Shown here piece after piece: positions 22,418 through 34,033 of a DNA stretch of 64,000 bases. How positions within the stretch are numbered: the first letter of the stretch is position 1; every line of letters starts with the position of its first letter. Source of the stretch: Rhodosorus marinus CCMP1338 (taxonomy: Eukaryota > Plantae > Rhodophyta); assembly GCA_029953675.1 (NCBI GenBank), contig JAMWBK010000008.1:1116001-1180000 (forward strand). The letters run 5' to 3'. Below the pieces are notes generated by a model, which had not been told where the DNA came from, made no database searches, and was given only the letters and a program-made list of their open reading frames with translations. The position numbers and the translations under genes are program-made.

Positions 22418-23599
22418 CCCTCTCCAAAGTGCATTGCAAGACCTACAAACCAGAGTCAAAAAATAAAGTCACTAAGGTCAGAAGGGAAAAAAGCTAGGCA
22501 CAAAGCCTGCCTCCGCAAGAACCGGTAGACAAATTTCACATTCCCTCCACCGCCAAACTTACAACCTCGCGGGCAAGGCCCGCAGTTTCCGTCACCTTTA
22601 GCATGGCTCGAGTACTTTCGCATCCGAGCCAAGTTGATTTAGAGCTCCTCTACAAAATGCTTGCGACCTTGAGGCACAGCCCTCCTAGGCCATCTACTCC
22701 CAAACCCTTCCCTCTACTGCCTTATATGCACGCTTCTAGAAGAACCAATGCGAAACGTGTTTAGCCCGCTGATAAGGAGAACAAAACCAAAACCGTCCTT
22801 GGCCGTTTGAAAGACTAGAACTTACCCCTCAACCCGCAATTCCACTTGCCCCAAGCACAACCTCGCCAAAGACTCTTTTATCCCACCAACCACAGGGACA
22901 GATATTTCAAACTCAGACGCCTCTGTGGATGGTTTCTTTCCCTTGCAAAAGCAATGGCAAACTACTATGTTCAACCTCTCGTTCACCATGAACTACACCA
23001 AATCCGCGAAATCTCAACGTCTCGGTCTCGCTCCCTCTCTCTCCCTCCCATACCTCACGTCCAACATTTTCTTTACGCCGTTTTACGACTTCGGCATCAA
23101 CAGGATGATGATGACGAAAAGCGATAGCAATTTGGGGAAATTTCAGGGAACACGATATGGGCACTTAGAATTCCACCAATAGAGGCAAAGAATTGTCACT
23201 AACATCGAGCACGAGTTTCCTGCTCCAGTTCTACGCACTTTCCACTATCTTTCGATTTCGGCCGAAAACGGAGGGCCTTGGACAAGCTGCGAAGGAGTGA
23301 AAGAGAGGGCGAAAGATGAAATTTGAGAAAAGTGAGAGGGGGGCGGGGGTGGGGGCTTTCGTTCGTTCGGGTTTGGAATTATTTTGTTGCCTTGGGCGCA
23401 ACACGACAATTCCGGGTTAGAATCCCAACTTTGCTCACTACTACAAATACTCCAGAATTAGTGCAAGTCAAGGAGGGGTTTGACTAGAAACAGTTTTTGC
23501 CTTCTGCGTTTCGTTTACCACGGGTCAGTTTTTTTTTGAGTTTCGAAGGTTCGGAATATCGTTCTTGGTTGTGGGGGGGGGAGGTAGATTCGATTCATT

Positions 23600-24100
23600 T
23601 AAAAAGAATGAATAATATTGTAATTATTCCTGATTTTCTGGATGGAACAGACTACTTCCAAGTGTGGGACATCATGGATGTTCTTCTGAAAAGGGATTTC
23701 GTGACGAGATACGGCCGGGCAAGGGATGAATATTTTTTGTTCTCGTTTTCGGAAAATGTTTCCTCCCGGTTTCGGGAAACTGCTACGGGACCCCCCTTTT
23801 CCGTGAGTGTAGCAAACTCGCGGTGGGGCTAGTGCTAACCCCAGCCAACAAAAGTGGCCAAACGTTGATTTCAGCTCTTATTGAAATTATTTATTACTAT
23901 TCCTAGACTGAGCTGAAAAAGTACGCAAAGGAGACAATTCGTTCTACCCCTGTGGACCCTCTTTACTTCTTTTTTGGGATGAAGCACTTCCACACATCGG
24001 CTGCCATCCCCATAATCATGACAGCTGAAGAGCACGGCATTTTTAGCAAACTAAGGGGGGTACTTATTCGAATAGGTTTTCAAGGAAAAAAAATTGATTT
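23600..24100 (+). mobile_element. Possible second copia gag remnant
   Basis: IPDFLDGTDYFQVWDIMDVLLKR resembles the copia gag N-terminus (LDGxNYxxWxxxMxALL). The surrounding DNA is AT-rich with homopolymer runs and has no spliceable gene. Confidence 0.35.
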
Positions 24101-24994
24101 TTTTTTTTTGACCAGGCCTCCCAGCCTGTTCACCATCTCTTATCCCGGGAGTAACCATTGGACAAACCTGCGACCCCCTTCCCCATTTTGTTTTCAAGTG
24201 GTGCTACGTGCCTGAGATAGTTGTAAGAGGGACTGCTGGGATGTGGACTACCTCTCGCTGTGAGTCTCGGAGAAGCGAACAAATGGTGAAGTGCTGAAGC
24301 GTGAATGTCGGTTGTGCACAGGATGCGTTGGGAATGGCTGACCGCTAGACGATTAAGGAGTAGCCTGCGTTCCCGGCGGCCGCGCCTTCAACTCAAAGTG
24401 GTTTCGAGGAATATTGCGCTGAATCATGCGGGTGTTTGTCTTCATGATCCAAACCGGGCTCGTTAGCAGCCTCGTTTTCGGTGTGTTCGTCTTTCCCTTG
24501 CACTAGACCAGTGCTTGGCTTGCTTTCTAGTTGGCCTAATCAGTAGGCTTTGACTTGCCTGGTTGGTCTTTCCAAGTGGATCTGGCAGACGTTCACATGA
24601 ACAACACAATCGCCCACAGTTGAAATAGTCACTCTTCTTGTAGCGCTCTTGCTTGCGGGAGGAAAGGCTGATTATGGAGGGATTTCCAGGAGAGTTGCTA
24701 ATGTTGGGATGAATGGCTTGTTGCCACAACGAGAGTAGCAAGCTAGGGCGGCGGGTGGGCCGCTTGCAAAGCTGAAATGTATTCTTCGTCTTGGCCGGCT
24801 GTACCAAACAGCCTTGCGTGTTGATTAAGTGTTTACTTAACGATATATGTCCAGCTTGACTGGTGCATGTCGCCACAGCCTGCGGGAGAGAGCATTTCCA
24901 CGGAAAGGCCTTAGCAAGCAAAGCCAAACCAGATGTTTTTGGCGATCTACATGGAGGGCAAGATACCCAAAGCTACTGAATTGTACATCGAGTT

Positions 24995-26041
24995 TTAGCC
25001 AGTCCCTACGACAGACCAGCTGAGCAGCTCACCAGCTTTCATTGGAGTGAGGTACTCTTCACTGTTCTCGATTGCGATCCTTCTTGGTACCTCCTTAGGC
25101 GTCTTCTTGAGCGAAAGCGAGCCATGGTTAAGCTCCAGCCCATAAAACCTCGCACCGTTCTCAGATAGAAAGGGCTCAAGTTGCTCCATCGCGTCCATCT
25201 CATCAAAAGCTTCTGCATACAGCTCCACCGCCGCTGCCGCGGAAAAGACACCAGCAGCGCCCCCGATCTTGTCGCATTGCGGATGAGGGGCTGAATCCGT
25301 CCCCGCGAAGAAGCGACGCGAGCCCGACTTGACGGCGCTGCGAATTGCCTCCCGATCATCGCGGGTTTTCAAAATTGGTAGACAGAATAAGTCCATGTGA
25401 AGCTTTGAGTTCTTGAAAAGGGCGCTTCTATCAAAGCACAAGTGCTGAGGTGTTACGGTAGCCGAAATGTTATCAGAAGGGTGACTCAGAACATATTCCA
25501 CAGCCTCCTTCGTGGATACGTGCTCAACCACAACTTTCAGTTTCGGGTAAGTAGATGTAATACGCACGAGGACGCTTCTCACAAACTCTCTCTCGCGGTC
25601 AAACATGTCTTCGCGAACGTCAGGAGTGACTTCACCATGCACGCACAAAATGATGCCTAATTGTTCCATTGCGTCAAGGGCCTTCGAAATTTTGTCCAAC
25701 GATGTCACCCCAGAGGCAGAGTTGGTAGTGACTCCGGCTGGATACAGCTTGCAGGCCTTGACAATTCCTGAATTTGCTGCGTCTCTGATCATTTCCGGTG
25801 TCGTGTTATCTGTCAAGTACAATGTCATGATCAAGTCCACTCCGGGAACAGCTTTTAGGATACGATCCCGGTACTGTTTGGCATCCTCCACAGTAACAAC
25901 GGGAGGTTTCAAATTCGGCATCACCAGAATCCGCCCAAACTGTGCCGCCGAGAGCGGCGCTACAGTTTTTAGGACGTTCCCATCACGCAAATGAACATGG
26001 AAATCGTCTGGTTTTCGAATCGTGAGCGATTGACCTTCCAT
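24995..26041 (-). CDS. pyrC: Dihydroorotase, type II (homodimeric, E. coli PyrC/plant-like), intronless, 348 aa
   Basis: DDFHVHLRDG, VMPNLKPP, LYLTDNT, KLYPAGVTTNS, LCVHGE, EHVST, CLPILK and FAGTDSAPH. Confidence 0.97.
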   Translation of the reverse strand: MEGQSLTIRKPDDFHVHLRDGNVLKTVAPLSAAQFGRILVMPNLKPPVVTVEDAKQYRDRILKAVPGVDLIMTLYLTDNTTPEMIRDAANSGIVKACKLYPAGVTTNSASGVTSLDKISKALDAMEQLGIILCVHGEVTPDVREDMFDREREFVRSVLVRITSTYPKLKVVVEHVSTKEAVEYVLSHPSDNISATVTPQHLCFDRSALFKNSKLHMDLFCLPILKTRDDREAIRSAVKSGSRRFFAGTDSAPHPQCDKIGGAAGVFSAAAAVELYAEAFDEMDAMEQLEPFLSENGARFYGLELNHGSLSLKKTPKEVPRRIAIENSEEYLTPMKAGELLSWSVVGTG

Positions 26042-26172
26042 CAGCTCTCTGAGATCAAATCAGCACTGATCGACTACACCCGGCCAAATCTCCAGACGGC
26101 TAACTAAACGCAGCGCCCGAAATCCAAAATGCGTTGCCTAATTCTTTGCTCCAGGTACTGCCTGAGAATCTC

Positions 26173-27150
26173 TCAGCTATGCTTGACGTTGGTACCCCAG
26201 TCATATGCGAGCCAGCGTACAGGAAGAGACCTTTTTCGGGCCTCTTGTAAGCTCGACCTTTTTGAACTATCCTCTGGAAGGTTGCAGATGACCCAATCCA
26301 GGGTTTCACTTGGGAAATCACTGGAATACCAACTGAAAATTTGACTGAGCTGAACACAATCTTGTTGCGCGACGACGTTGTCGTTGGAAAGTAGGTATGC
26401 CGTCGTTACCATTTCTAGCATATCCTCCACGCTCTTCGCGGTGAAGAAGCGAATTGGTGGGCAGCTGATTGCGCCACAGTTCAGCGCGAAGTGAATACGA
26501 GGATCCATTGGTATCAGTACAGACGAGAGTCGTTTGTCGCCGTCTTTGAAAGGTTTGGACTTGATCACATCGAACGGCGATGGTCGGTTTTCCCGCAGAA
26601 CTCCATTTTCGATATCATGAAGGGAGTACAGGAGACCACCAATTTCATACTTTGCGTTCACGTTGAGAGCTATTCTGCTCGCAGTATTGGACGAAGGCCC
26701 ATCCAAAGCGATAGAATGTAATGTCAGAATATTGTACACGTTGAGGAAGAAAGCAAGTTTCTGAGTGTGGCTGAACGCCCCGGGATCGACCTTCTTTAGA
26801 GCGCTTGTCAGAAACACAAAGTCCACAAACTCCTCACTGTCCTTCATGCCCGCATAGTCCACTCGAGAGCCGTCATCTGCAACGAATTTGCCGATCAGCC
26901 GCTTGGCTTGCTTCTGCTCATACAAGGCAACAAAAGCCGACAAAAGGCGGTCTGGTGTTGGTGACTCAAACGCACACTTTCGGAGCGATACAGATATTTA
27001 TATTCTAGCCAAGAGTCGAGGAAATACCTGCAATTCTTCCGCAACCTCTCCGCCGTCGAGGCGCTGAAACTGGGAGGACTCGCTCTCCGTTCCATTGTTG
27101 AGCACTGATACTCTCCAATACATTGTTCTCAGCAATTCCTCGAGTTGGTG
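26173..27150 (-). CDS. DUF547-domain protein; the 5' exon(s) are approximate
   Basis: ORF 26943-26173 has VDYAGM, KLAFFLNVYNILTLH, SLHDIENGVLR, DPRIHFALNCGAISCPPIR, LSQIFSWYSSDF and YDW. The upstream coding-like exon ends ...GGEVAEELQ|GTATTT. Confidence 0.85.
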
Positions 27151-27649
27151 GGTCGAAACAATCTTCTTCAAGCCGATCGCAGGTGAATTACGAAGATTAC
27201 TGAATGCCTCTTGTCTGGGTTATGTCCATGGCAGTCCCGTCACGTTCCTTTGCGGGGAACCCGGAATGCAAGAGCGGGTTTGGCTCGGGAATTAGCAGCT
27301 GGAGCAGGTGAGCCTCTGCACTTCGGTGCAAGTTGTGTGCGAGCTCTGGAGCGTGTCAAAAGCCGGTTGTCGGTGAGGCAATGGCTACTCTGGTAGGAAG
27401 TTTCTTGTGAGCCCATCTTCTCTGATTGAAGGTTCCTGTTCAGTTTCCGAAACTCGTGCTTTTGTGACGCTGCTGCATGACTGGTCCCAGTAGTGCTTCA
27501 GTTCTCGTTTGTGGGTTATCCGATCGGAGTTGATTGAGTCAGCTCTGATCGCTAGCGAGTTTGCAGAAGTATCCCGGTTTATCAACTGTGTAACAACTGG
27601 TTCTATCCAAAAATAACTGCAGCGTCATTCCGCTGAGGCTATGGGAAGC

Positions 27650-29342
27650 TACAGTATATGTGTGTAGTTGCATGCGTGAAACCAAAGCCGCCGTGATGCT
27701 CTTCTTGACTGTATGCGTCTTTGAGTATGAATCTCTGGTTTGCTAGAAACTCTGGCGCTGCAACTCTGCCCTAGTTCAGCAGGCGCGGCTTTTACGCCCT
27801 TCCTAGCATACTTCATTCGGGGACTTTTTTCGCTTGCGATTGAACCGATCTGCCTGTCTGTATTAACGAGGCCATGGATACTGGTCAAAGCTATCGAAAG
27901 AAGAGAACTAGAACTCGATTCTGTCCGCATGGAAAGTTTCCATCAGCGCATACACGTCACTCAAGAAGATGGGGGGTTCACGCAGATGTGCCGGGGTTTC
28001 CTCTCTGGACTCCCTGAGAAAGAGCTTCTGCTGACGCACTGATAGCCGGTATTCGGCAGTCGAACAAGTTAAATTTGAAGGAGGGCCTGCATATGCGTAT
28101 GCTCGGTCAGATCCGTCCGCCTCAGACGATTTTTCGCTACATACTGCTGAATGCCTAGGGAGAATCCTGATAACGGTTGGTTCCGACATGAGCGCGTTGC
28201 TCCTCTGCAGAATCTTGTTATCCCGCTTTTGGTTGGTTGCACAGCCGTTGCAAGTTTGTTTAACCAGCAGTTCATCGTGCTCGGCAAAGTCGTTTCAACG
28301 GATGAGAGAGGTTTTTCTAGAACGGAGCCTCTCTTTTGACAGTCCGAAGAGTCTCCACCCTCTGTCTCCAATAGTTCATGCTTCAGAGTATCTATGAAGA
28401 CCAGAAACATGCATAGAAAGCACTCGTAAGTGGAACAAGTCGTTAGGAGAACAGACAAGCGGTTGGATGCGGATACGCGGGGTGGGCCACCATTACCGGA
28501 ACGAGAGTAGTAGCCCTGAGGTCGCTGCAGGCCACGGGCTCTGATACCTGCGTTGTCCTCTGGTTTCCAGGGATCAGGAAAGGTTTGTGGGCCACACGCG
28601 ATGACTTCATCTGAACTGATAGTACTAGGACAGCACAGTAAAGAACTAACGTACCTGCGAGGTGCATTTTGCTGTTGTGCTCTGGGTTAGAACAACGTCC
28701 CAAAGGTACTTGCCAAGAGGTAGTAAAATCATGACGCAAAACCTCCACTCGGACGTCTTATAGTCATCACGAGGATCCAAGCTGAAAAACTCCACCTCAA
28801 CAGAACGTCTTATTCTGAGAAGTAAGCGGAGTGCAAAACAGTGCTAGCCGCTCGTGACACTGTCGCTCACCTAGTAGGGCTGATTCTCATAGATTAGCTG
28901 GAGTTTGTTTACAAGCTCCTTGAGCACTGCCTCCGAGTGCTTTCGAGCAATAGCCTCGACTTTCCCTTCCAGAAGGTTCCGTAGTCGAATATATGACCAT
29001 TAGCGACCTCGTGGTGCTGTGAATTCCGCCCGCCAACCCCGTGGCTAGTGTCCAGAGGAAAAGGCATTCCATTCAATGAGGGGTTTGTGAACCGCACAGA
29101 GCATATGGATCGCAGTCTACGGACAGCTGCTCGACTTCATCCACAATCACCTCTGTACAGTTCAATTGGTTGGTATTCCATCTATAGATAGTCCAAACGA
29201 GAACTACGGTCGCAATTATGCCCAACAGATAGCCAGAACCCGAGAAACTACGTGCTTCAGGCGTTCTTGTTGCTCCACTGTAAGGAACTCTTGAGAGGTT
29301 CTGACACTCTTCTTCCTGATGTGTGTGGGGAGCCTGCAGCAC
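27650..29342 (-). CDS. Probable multi-exon hypothetical type II membrane protein (structure unresolved)
   Basis: The first ORF has a single TM helix (GYLLGIIATVVLVWTIYRW) after a short N-tail, followed by several coding-like minus-strand segments. No family recognised. Confidence 0.3.
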
Positions 29343-31779
29343 GCAGCCAGAGAGGTGCTACTGATGCAACAACCGTGCGGGGTGTCGATGTCGCACCCGA
29401 ATAAATCATTATCCATTCAACTTCTCAGCCTAAGTTTGTACTGGCGGCCGCCCCTGGTAGGTCATTTAGTCGGAAACCGCGCGAAAGTCTCATACAAGCG
29501 GCCTTGGTGGACAGTATTCCTCAGTTTGATCATTACAAGAAAACAAATCTAATAGATTTCAAGAATTCATCTCCCCTCCTCCCCCCTCTCCCAGCCCCCT
29601 TCAACTCGGCGTGTTCGCTCCTGTTTCAACAACACTGCTCTTTCCCAAAATAAGTTGGGGCCAGGGGGTGTGGTAGGAGTGGTCGTATCTTCGATAAGCG
29701 CGTACAGTCAACAGTCACGGGGAAGGTCTTGTGATTGGTTTATCTCCTGGCAATTTTTTTTGGATACCCAATCCAGGCATTCGTTCGTCAATATGGTGTG
29801 TCATTGGCTAGAAGGGAGTATCTCATCAGGAGATTGGTTGCCCCCTAGGGGACCTAGTGATGAACGTACGTAGCTTGTATCATGTACTGTATTATTTACT
29901 ATTATAAACTATATGTTATGTTTATTTTTGAAGCATAATGTAATCTTTAGCGAGATATGGTACGGGGCTCCTCTACAGAAAGTTATAAAACTTAGATTCT
30001 CCAACCCCTTCTGGCAAAAGGAGTGTTTTTCTTCTAAGATATCAAGGCAGCTATTTTATTTGGTTATTGGAGAAGTCATCTGCGGACGGCGGCTTGCTAC
30101 GAAATGGACGTTGGAATTCTGAAATACACATGTACAAAGCCCTTTCGAAGCAAAGTTCTGCCCCCCTACGCCTACAATACGAACTCTGCCAGTTTTCCAT
30201 TTGAAGACGCTCTTTCACGAATGGGAACAAATTTGGGGGTTTTTAACAGCTGAAAGAACCCCCGTACTCTAACCCCCCCCTTTCACTTACCCGGAATACG
30301 GGTAGGACACCCCCGGATGTGTGCTGGGCATGGACTAGTGTCACTCCCCCCTTGGTAGGGAAAAGCCTGGAGTCAAGTGGGTGGATTTTTTTTTGCATGA
30401 ACATCCGATTGTCCTTTTTTTCTTCGAAAGTTCATGCAAGAAAACTAAACCATATGGCAAAATCAAAGACCTGAAGCGATGAATTTTTTTTTGCAGAAGA
30501 GTAAATTGGCATAGTATCTTGGGGAAACATGAAGATTTTTGTTCCGTACTTATTCAACCCCTGGGTCCGTGCCGGTTGTAAATCCTCTGCCCCTTTTACC
30601 TACCGGTTGGAAGGATTTTTCTTTTCCGATTATATTAAATTAAAGCAATTAGTTTGAGCATATGGAAGCCACGCAGTCTGCCACGCACCACCCTGGTTGG
30701 ATCGAGTTTCGTTCTAGGAAAACATGAGTCATAGGTACCCGTCGATTCAAAATTTAAATTCTGTGATATTGATAGTGCCCGGCAAAGTAAATCTGGAAGC
30801 TCGAACGTGATAGGAGAAACGGGGCATATCTCCGAATGCATCCCCAAGAAGATCAGCATGATCCTTGACTCCGTAGATGATCCTATGGGCCCTAAGTAGC
30901 ATGTTTTGAAAGGATTTTTCACTTTTTGGGGTGGGTGTTGGAAGGATTTATTGGACTAGAGGGGGTGTGAGTCTTGAGGGTAGTTGCTGTGAAATTTGTT
31001 GTCTGTATGTGGTTTTTTGAAAGTATTAGGACTGGTCCGGTGAACCCTCATGGTTTGGTTCTCTAACCCCTATACGCGTGTTCGTACCCGGAACCCTTCG
31101 TTTAGTTTTAGTTTTGTTAGTGCATCTATATTTTTCTTTTGGTTGTATTGGAGGCGGCGAAAAAAGAATGGGCTTTTTCCCTGCCGTAGATGTCTTTCTG
31201 CTTAAGAAGGCGTGCCGGAGTATCATATGCCTTTTTAGTGTGACCATTTTCTTTTTGGGATGCGTGTGCGCTGTGAAAAGGCATTTTTGATTGACAGACG
31301 GTCGAAGGTGACTTGGGTGAGTCAGTGCTAGCGCTGGAGGTGGTGGATTGGTTTTTAGTTGGATGTGCTATTGATTTGCCTGGTAGTGCGGGTCAGCGGT
31401 TGGAGTGCAGTGAGGGTGTCGGGTGCTTTCAGACGAGAAGTTTAAGTCGTCCTCGAGTTGTGCGAGCGACCAGTTGGTCTGACGTCTCAGAGAAGAATTT
31501 TCCACTCGGTCTTCAAGGCAAAGGTAAGTCTACTTAGCCGCGTAGTTTCAAATGGTTTGCAACAGCAGAATCACCTAAGCTCAGGAACTTCTGTCCTCTG
31601 CCGGTTTGAAGGAACGGTGCGCGGGTTGCAGACTTGAGCGGCTGTAAATGTCTCCTGAGCATCTTTTTGAAGCACAAGGCAGTTTGCTCAATCTTGCGAG
31701 AGCGTGGTTGTCGAAGGGACTAGGTATTGCCAGTAGAACGGACTACAGTTAGAAGGAAGTTTTTTTGTGGCCCTACAAC

Positions 31780-33400
31780 ATGGCGCACAGGGATTTGAAG
31801 GTGGACGACATGACAAAGGGTAGGTTTCTTGCTGGCCAATCTGACGTGTTAGAGAGGAGTTAATGTAAATGACCGTTCGCATGGCTTCCCCCGGGTTGTT
31901 TAGATGTTAGCCCGATCAATTTCAATGCAAATCAGAACGAAGGGAAACTAAGGTATGTTGATAGTGCTCGGCTATCGAAGGCGCGTACTCAAGAATCCCT
32001 GTTCACCGTTGGCGAGTATCGTTGCGCATCCAGGATTAATAAGATCAACGAAGCCCGTCTGAAAAAGTACGGCTGCGTGGTGCACGATGGACTGGTATAC
32101 AATAAGAACGGCTACAGAATCTGTGGGGTCATGAACCAGCACGACAAGCCGTGTCAGCGCATTGGCCACTGTCCCTTCCATAACACGAATGTTTCCGACG
32201 ACGCACCGCATAGAATCCCTATACCCTCGCTTGGGCAAGATCCAAACCCGCCCGAAGATGGAGAAGAGGAGGGCGAGGAAGGGCTTCATCAGTTGCCCCC
32301 GAAGAAGAGTATGCCAAGGATAGTACAGCGAACGAGACTGAAGATCCAGATTGGGCCAAGCCCTAAGCATTCATTTTTTTTTATTTTTTCTTTCGCCTAG
32401 TCCCGTACAAGAAGGGTTGGACGAAAGAGGAACATTACTTGTTCCTTCGCGGCCTTGCTTCTCACGGAAGAGGCGCTTGGAAGCAGATCGCGGCGATTGT
32501 ATCGTCAAGAACGCCTACCCAGATTCAGAGCCATGCTCAAAAGTATTTCTTGAGGCAGAAGCAGAAGATGAAGAACAAGAGGAGTATTCATGATTTGAAC
32601 CTTAGCAGCCCCGAAATGGTGGGTAGAACAAACGCAAGCGAGTGTTTGCCCAATTTTTGCTCACTCTTCCCGAATTCTTGGTAGGTCGAGCTTGCGTCGA
32701 GGTATTCGAATCAGCAGCAACCGTCGCCTCCGTATGGTATGGATGGAATGCAGGGATCCTTCCAGCCCTATAGCAACGACATGGCGTCTGGGGTAGGGAC
32801 ATGAAAGTTTTAGCTGAAAGCTTGCTGTGATGTGCATTGGCTGACGAAGCTGTCCTTGTTTCCCCTGGTTCTTACGCAATAGCAGTCCTCTGGGCTTGTG
32901 AATCGTGCTGCTGAGCCGAATAGTATGGGAACCGGTGTTATGTATCACTCCTTCGTGCAGGAACCCCAGATCTCGAACAATGTCATGTATTCGGGCAATC
33001 ACCAAGGTACGTTATGCCGGTCATCAATAGTTTCGAGTTTGTTTTCTGTGAGGAATACAGTAGTTGGGATAGTTTACGAACGGAAGAATGTTTTTTTCCT
33101 GGGTAGGGCTTTTGTATCCTTATCCTGGAGTGCAAGGGGTGCAAAACCCGGTTCTTGGTCCAGAGGACGGAATTGATCACGGAGGCTACCGCCCGATTGC
33201 GTCTGGAGACTCTCGACCAGCTCCATACATTATTACTCGGTGAAATTCGGGGCCGAAGGAGACATGTGGACTGTTGCGTCAGAGACTGCCGGACGTATGT
33301 GTTCAGCGTTTGTCCGGCAGCTGATTTGATCCGCTCCACGGCTGAAGAAGAAGGGCGGGGATATATGGGACGTTGTGGTTGTTCTTTCAGATAGGGAGAT
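31780..33400 (+). CDS. 1R-MYB (SHAQKYF class) transcription factor with an extra Cys/His motif; multi-exon, 3' end approximate
   Basis: Spliced: MAHRDLKVDDMTK|DVSPINF...ICGVMNQHDKPCQRIGHCPFH...PPKK|IPYKKGWTKEEHYLFLRGLASHGRGAWKQIAAIVSSRTPTQIQSHAQKYFLRQ...KRSIHDL. Donors GTAGGT, GTATGC, GTGGGT and GTACGT. Confidence 0.85.
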
Positions 33401-34033
33401 TCGGAGATTCAAGGACAACGGAGGATGCAGCTGCAGGATGGAGAGGGTGCACTCTTGAAATTGGCATAGGGGTCAAAGCGTGTATAATTAGTTTTTGAGA
33501 GTGTCATCAGTGTCATCCTACGAGTTTGCAGCTCATAGCAAGGGGTAGTCGTTTAAGGGAATTGCGGAGAAGGGTTCTTCGCGACGAGTGCTTCTGCCGG
33601 GGATGACAGCGAGAATTGTGTATACGAGGTGAACATTGGATGAAAGGGTGTACAATAGTTGGAGAATGAAATGGGGACAGTCGTGAATATCCCGAGTTCC
33701 GGCTTGTTGTAATTGGGTTTCGGGTTGGTTTTTATATTTTGTTTTAAATTTCTGAAACGGTGGAAGTCGGTTGGTCGCCATTTTTCGCTTCTATCGAACC
33801 GGGCCCCACGGTTTTAGTAAATGATTTTGGGAGATTCATGGGATCCTGGGAACTGAGCCGTCGAGATCATCGACTATTCTTTTTTGTTCGATTTGTTTGA
33901 CCTCCTATGTCACAAACACATGCTATGAAGCTCCTTCATGCATTCAATCATTTTGTTGCACGCAGTTACTGCTTCGAAACTGCGCATATCCTAAACTCCT
34001 CTCATCCCGCGTTCGCGTGACGATGCTGGTATG

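Noticed and set aside
24463-24927. 154-aa minus-strand ORF between the gag-like fragment and pyrC
   Set aside because: No recognisable motif. A small spliced gene may exist here, but I could not build a consistent model.
30284-30395. U1 snRNA candidate (ACTTACCCGG start, later ATTTTTTTTTG Sm-like run)
   Set aside because: It mismatches the invariant ACUUACCUG and lacks recognisable U1-70K (GAUCAC/UGAAG) and U1A (AUUGCAC) loops.
31780-31800. HRDLK kinase-like motif at the MYB N-terminus
   Set aside because: No other kinase subdomains are present; a chance pentapeptide.
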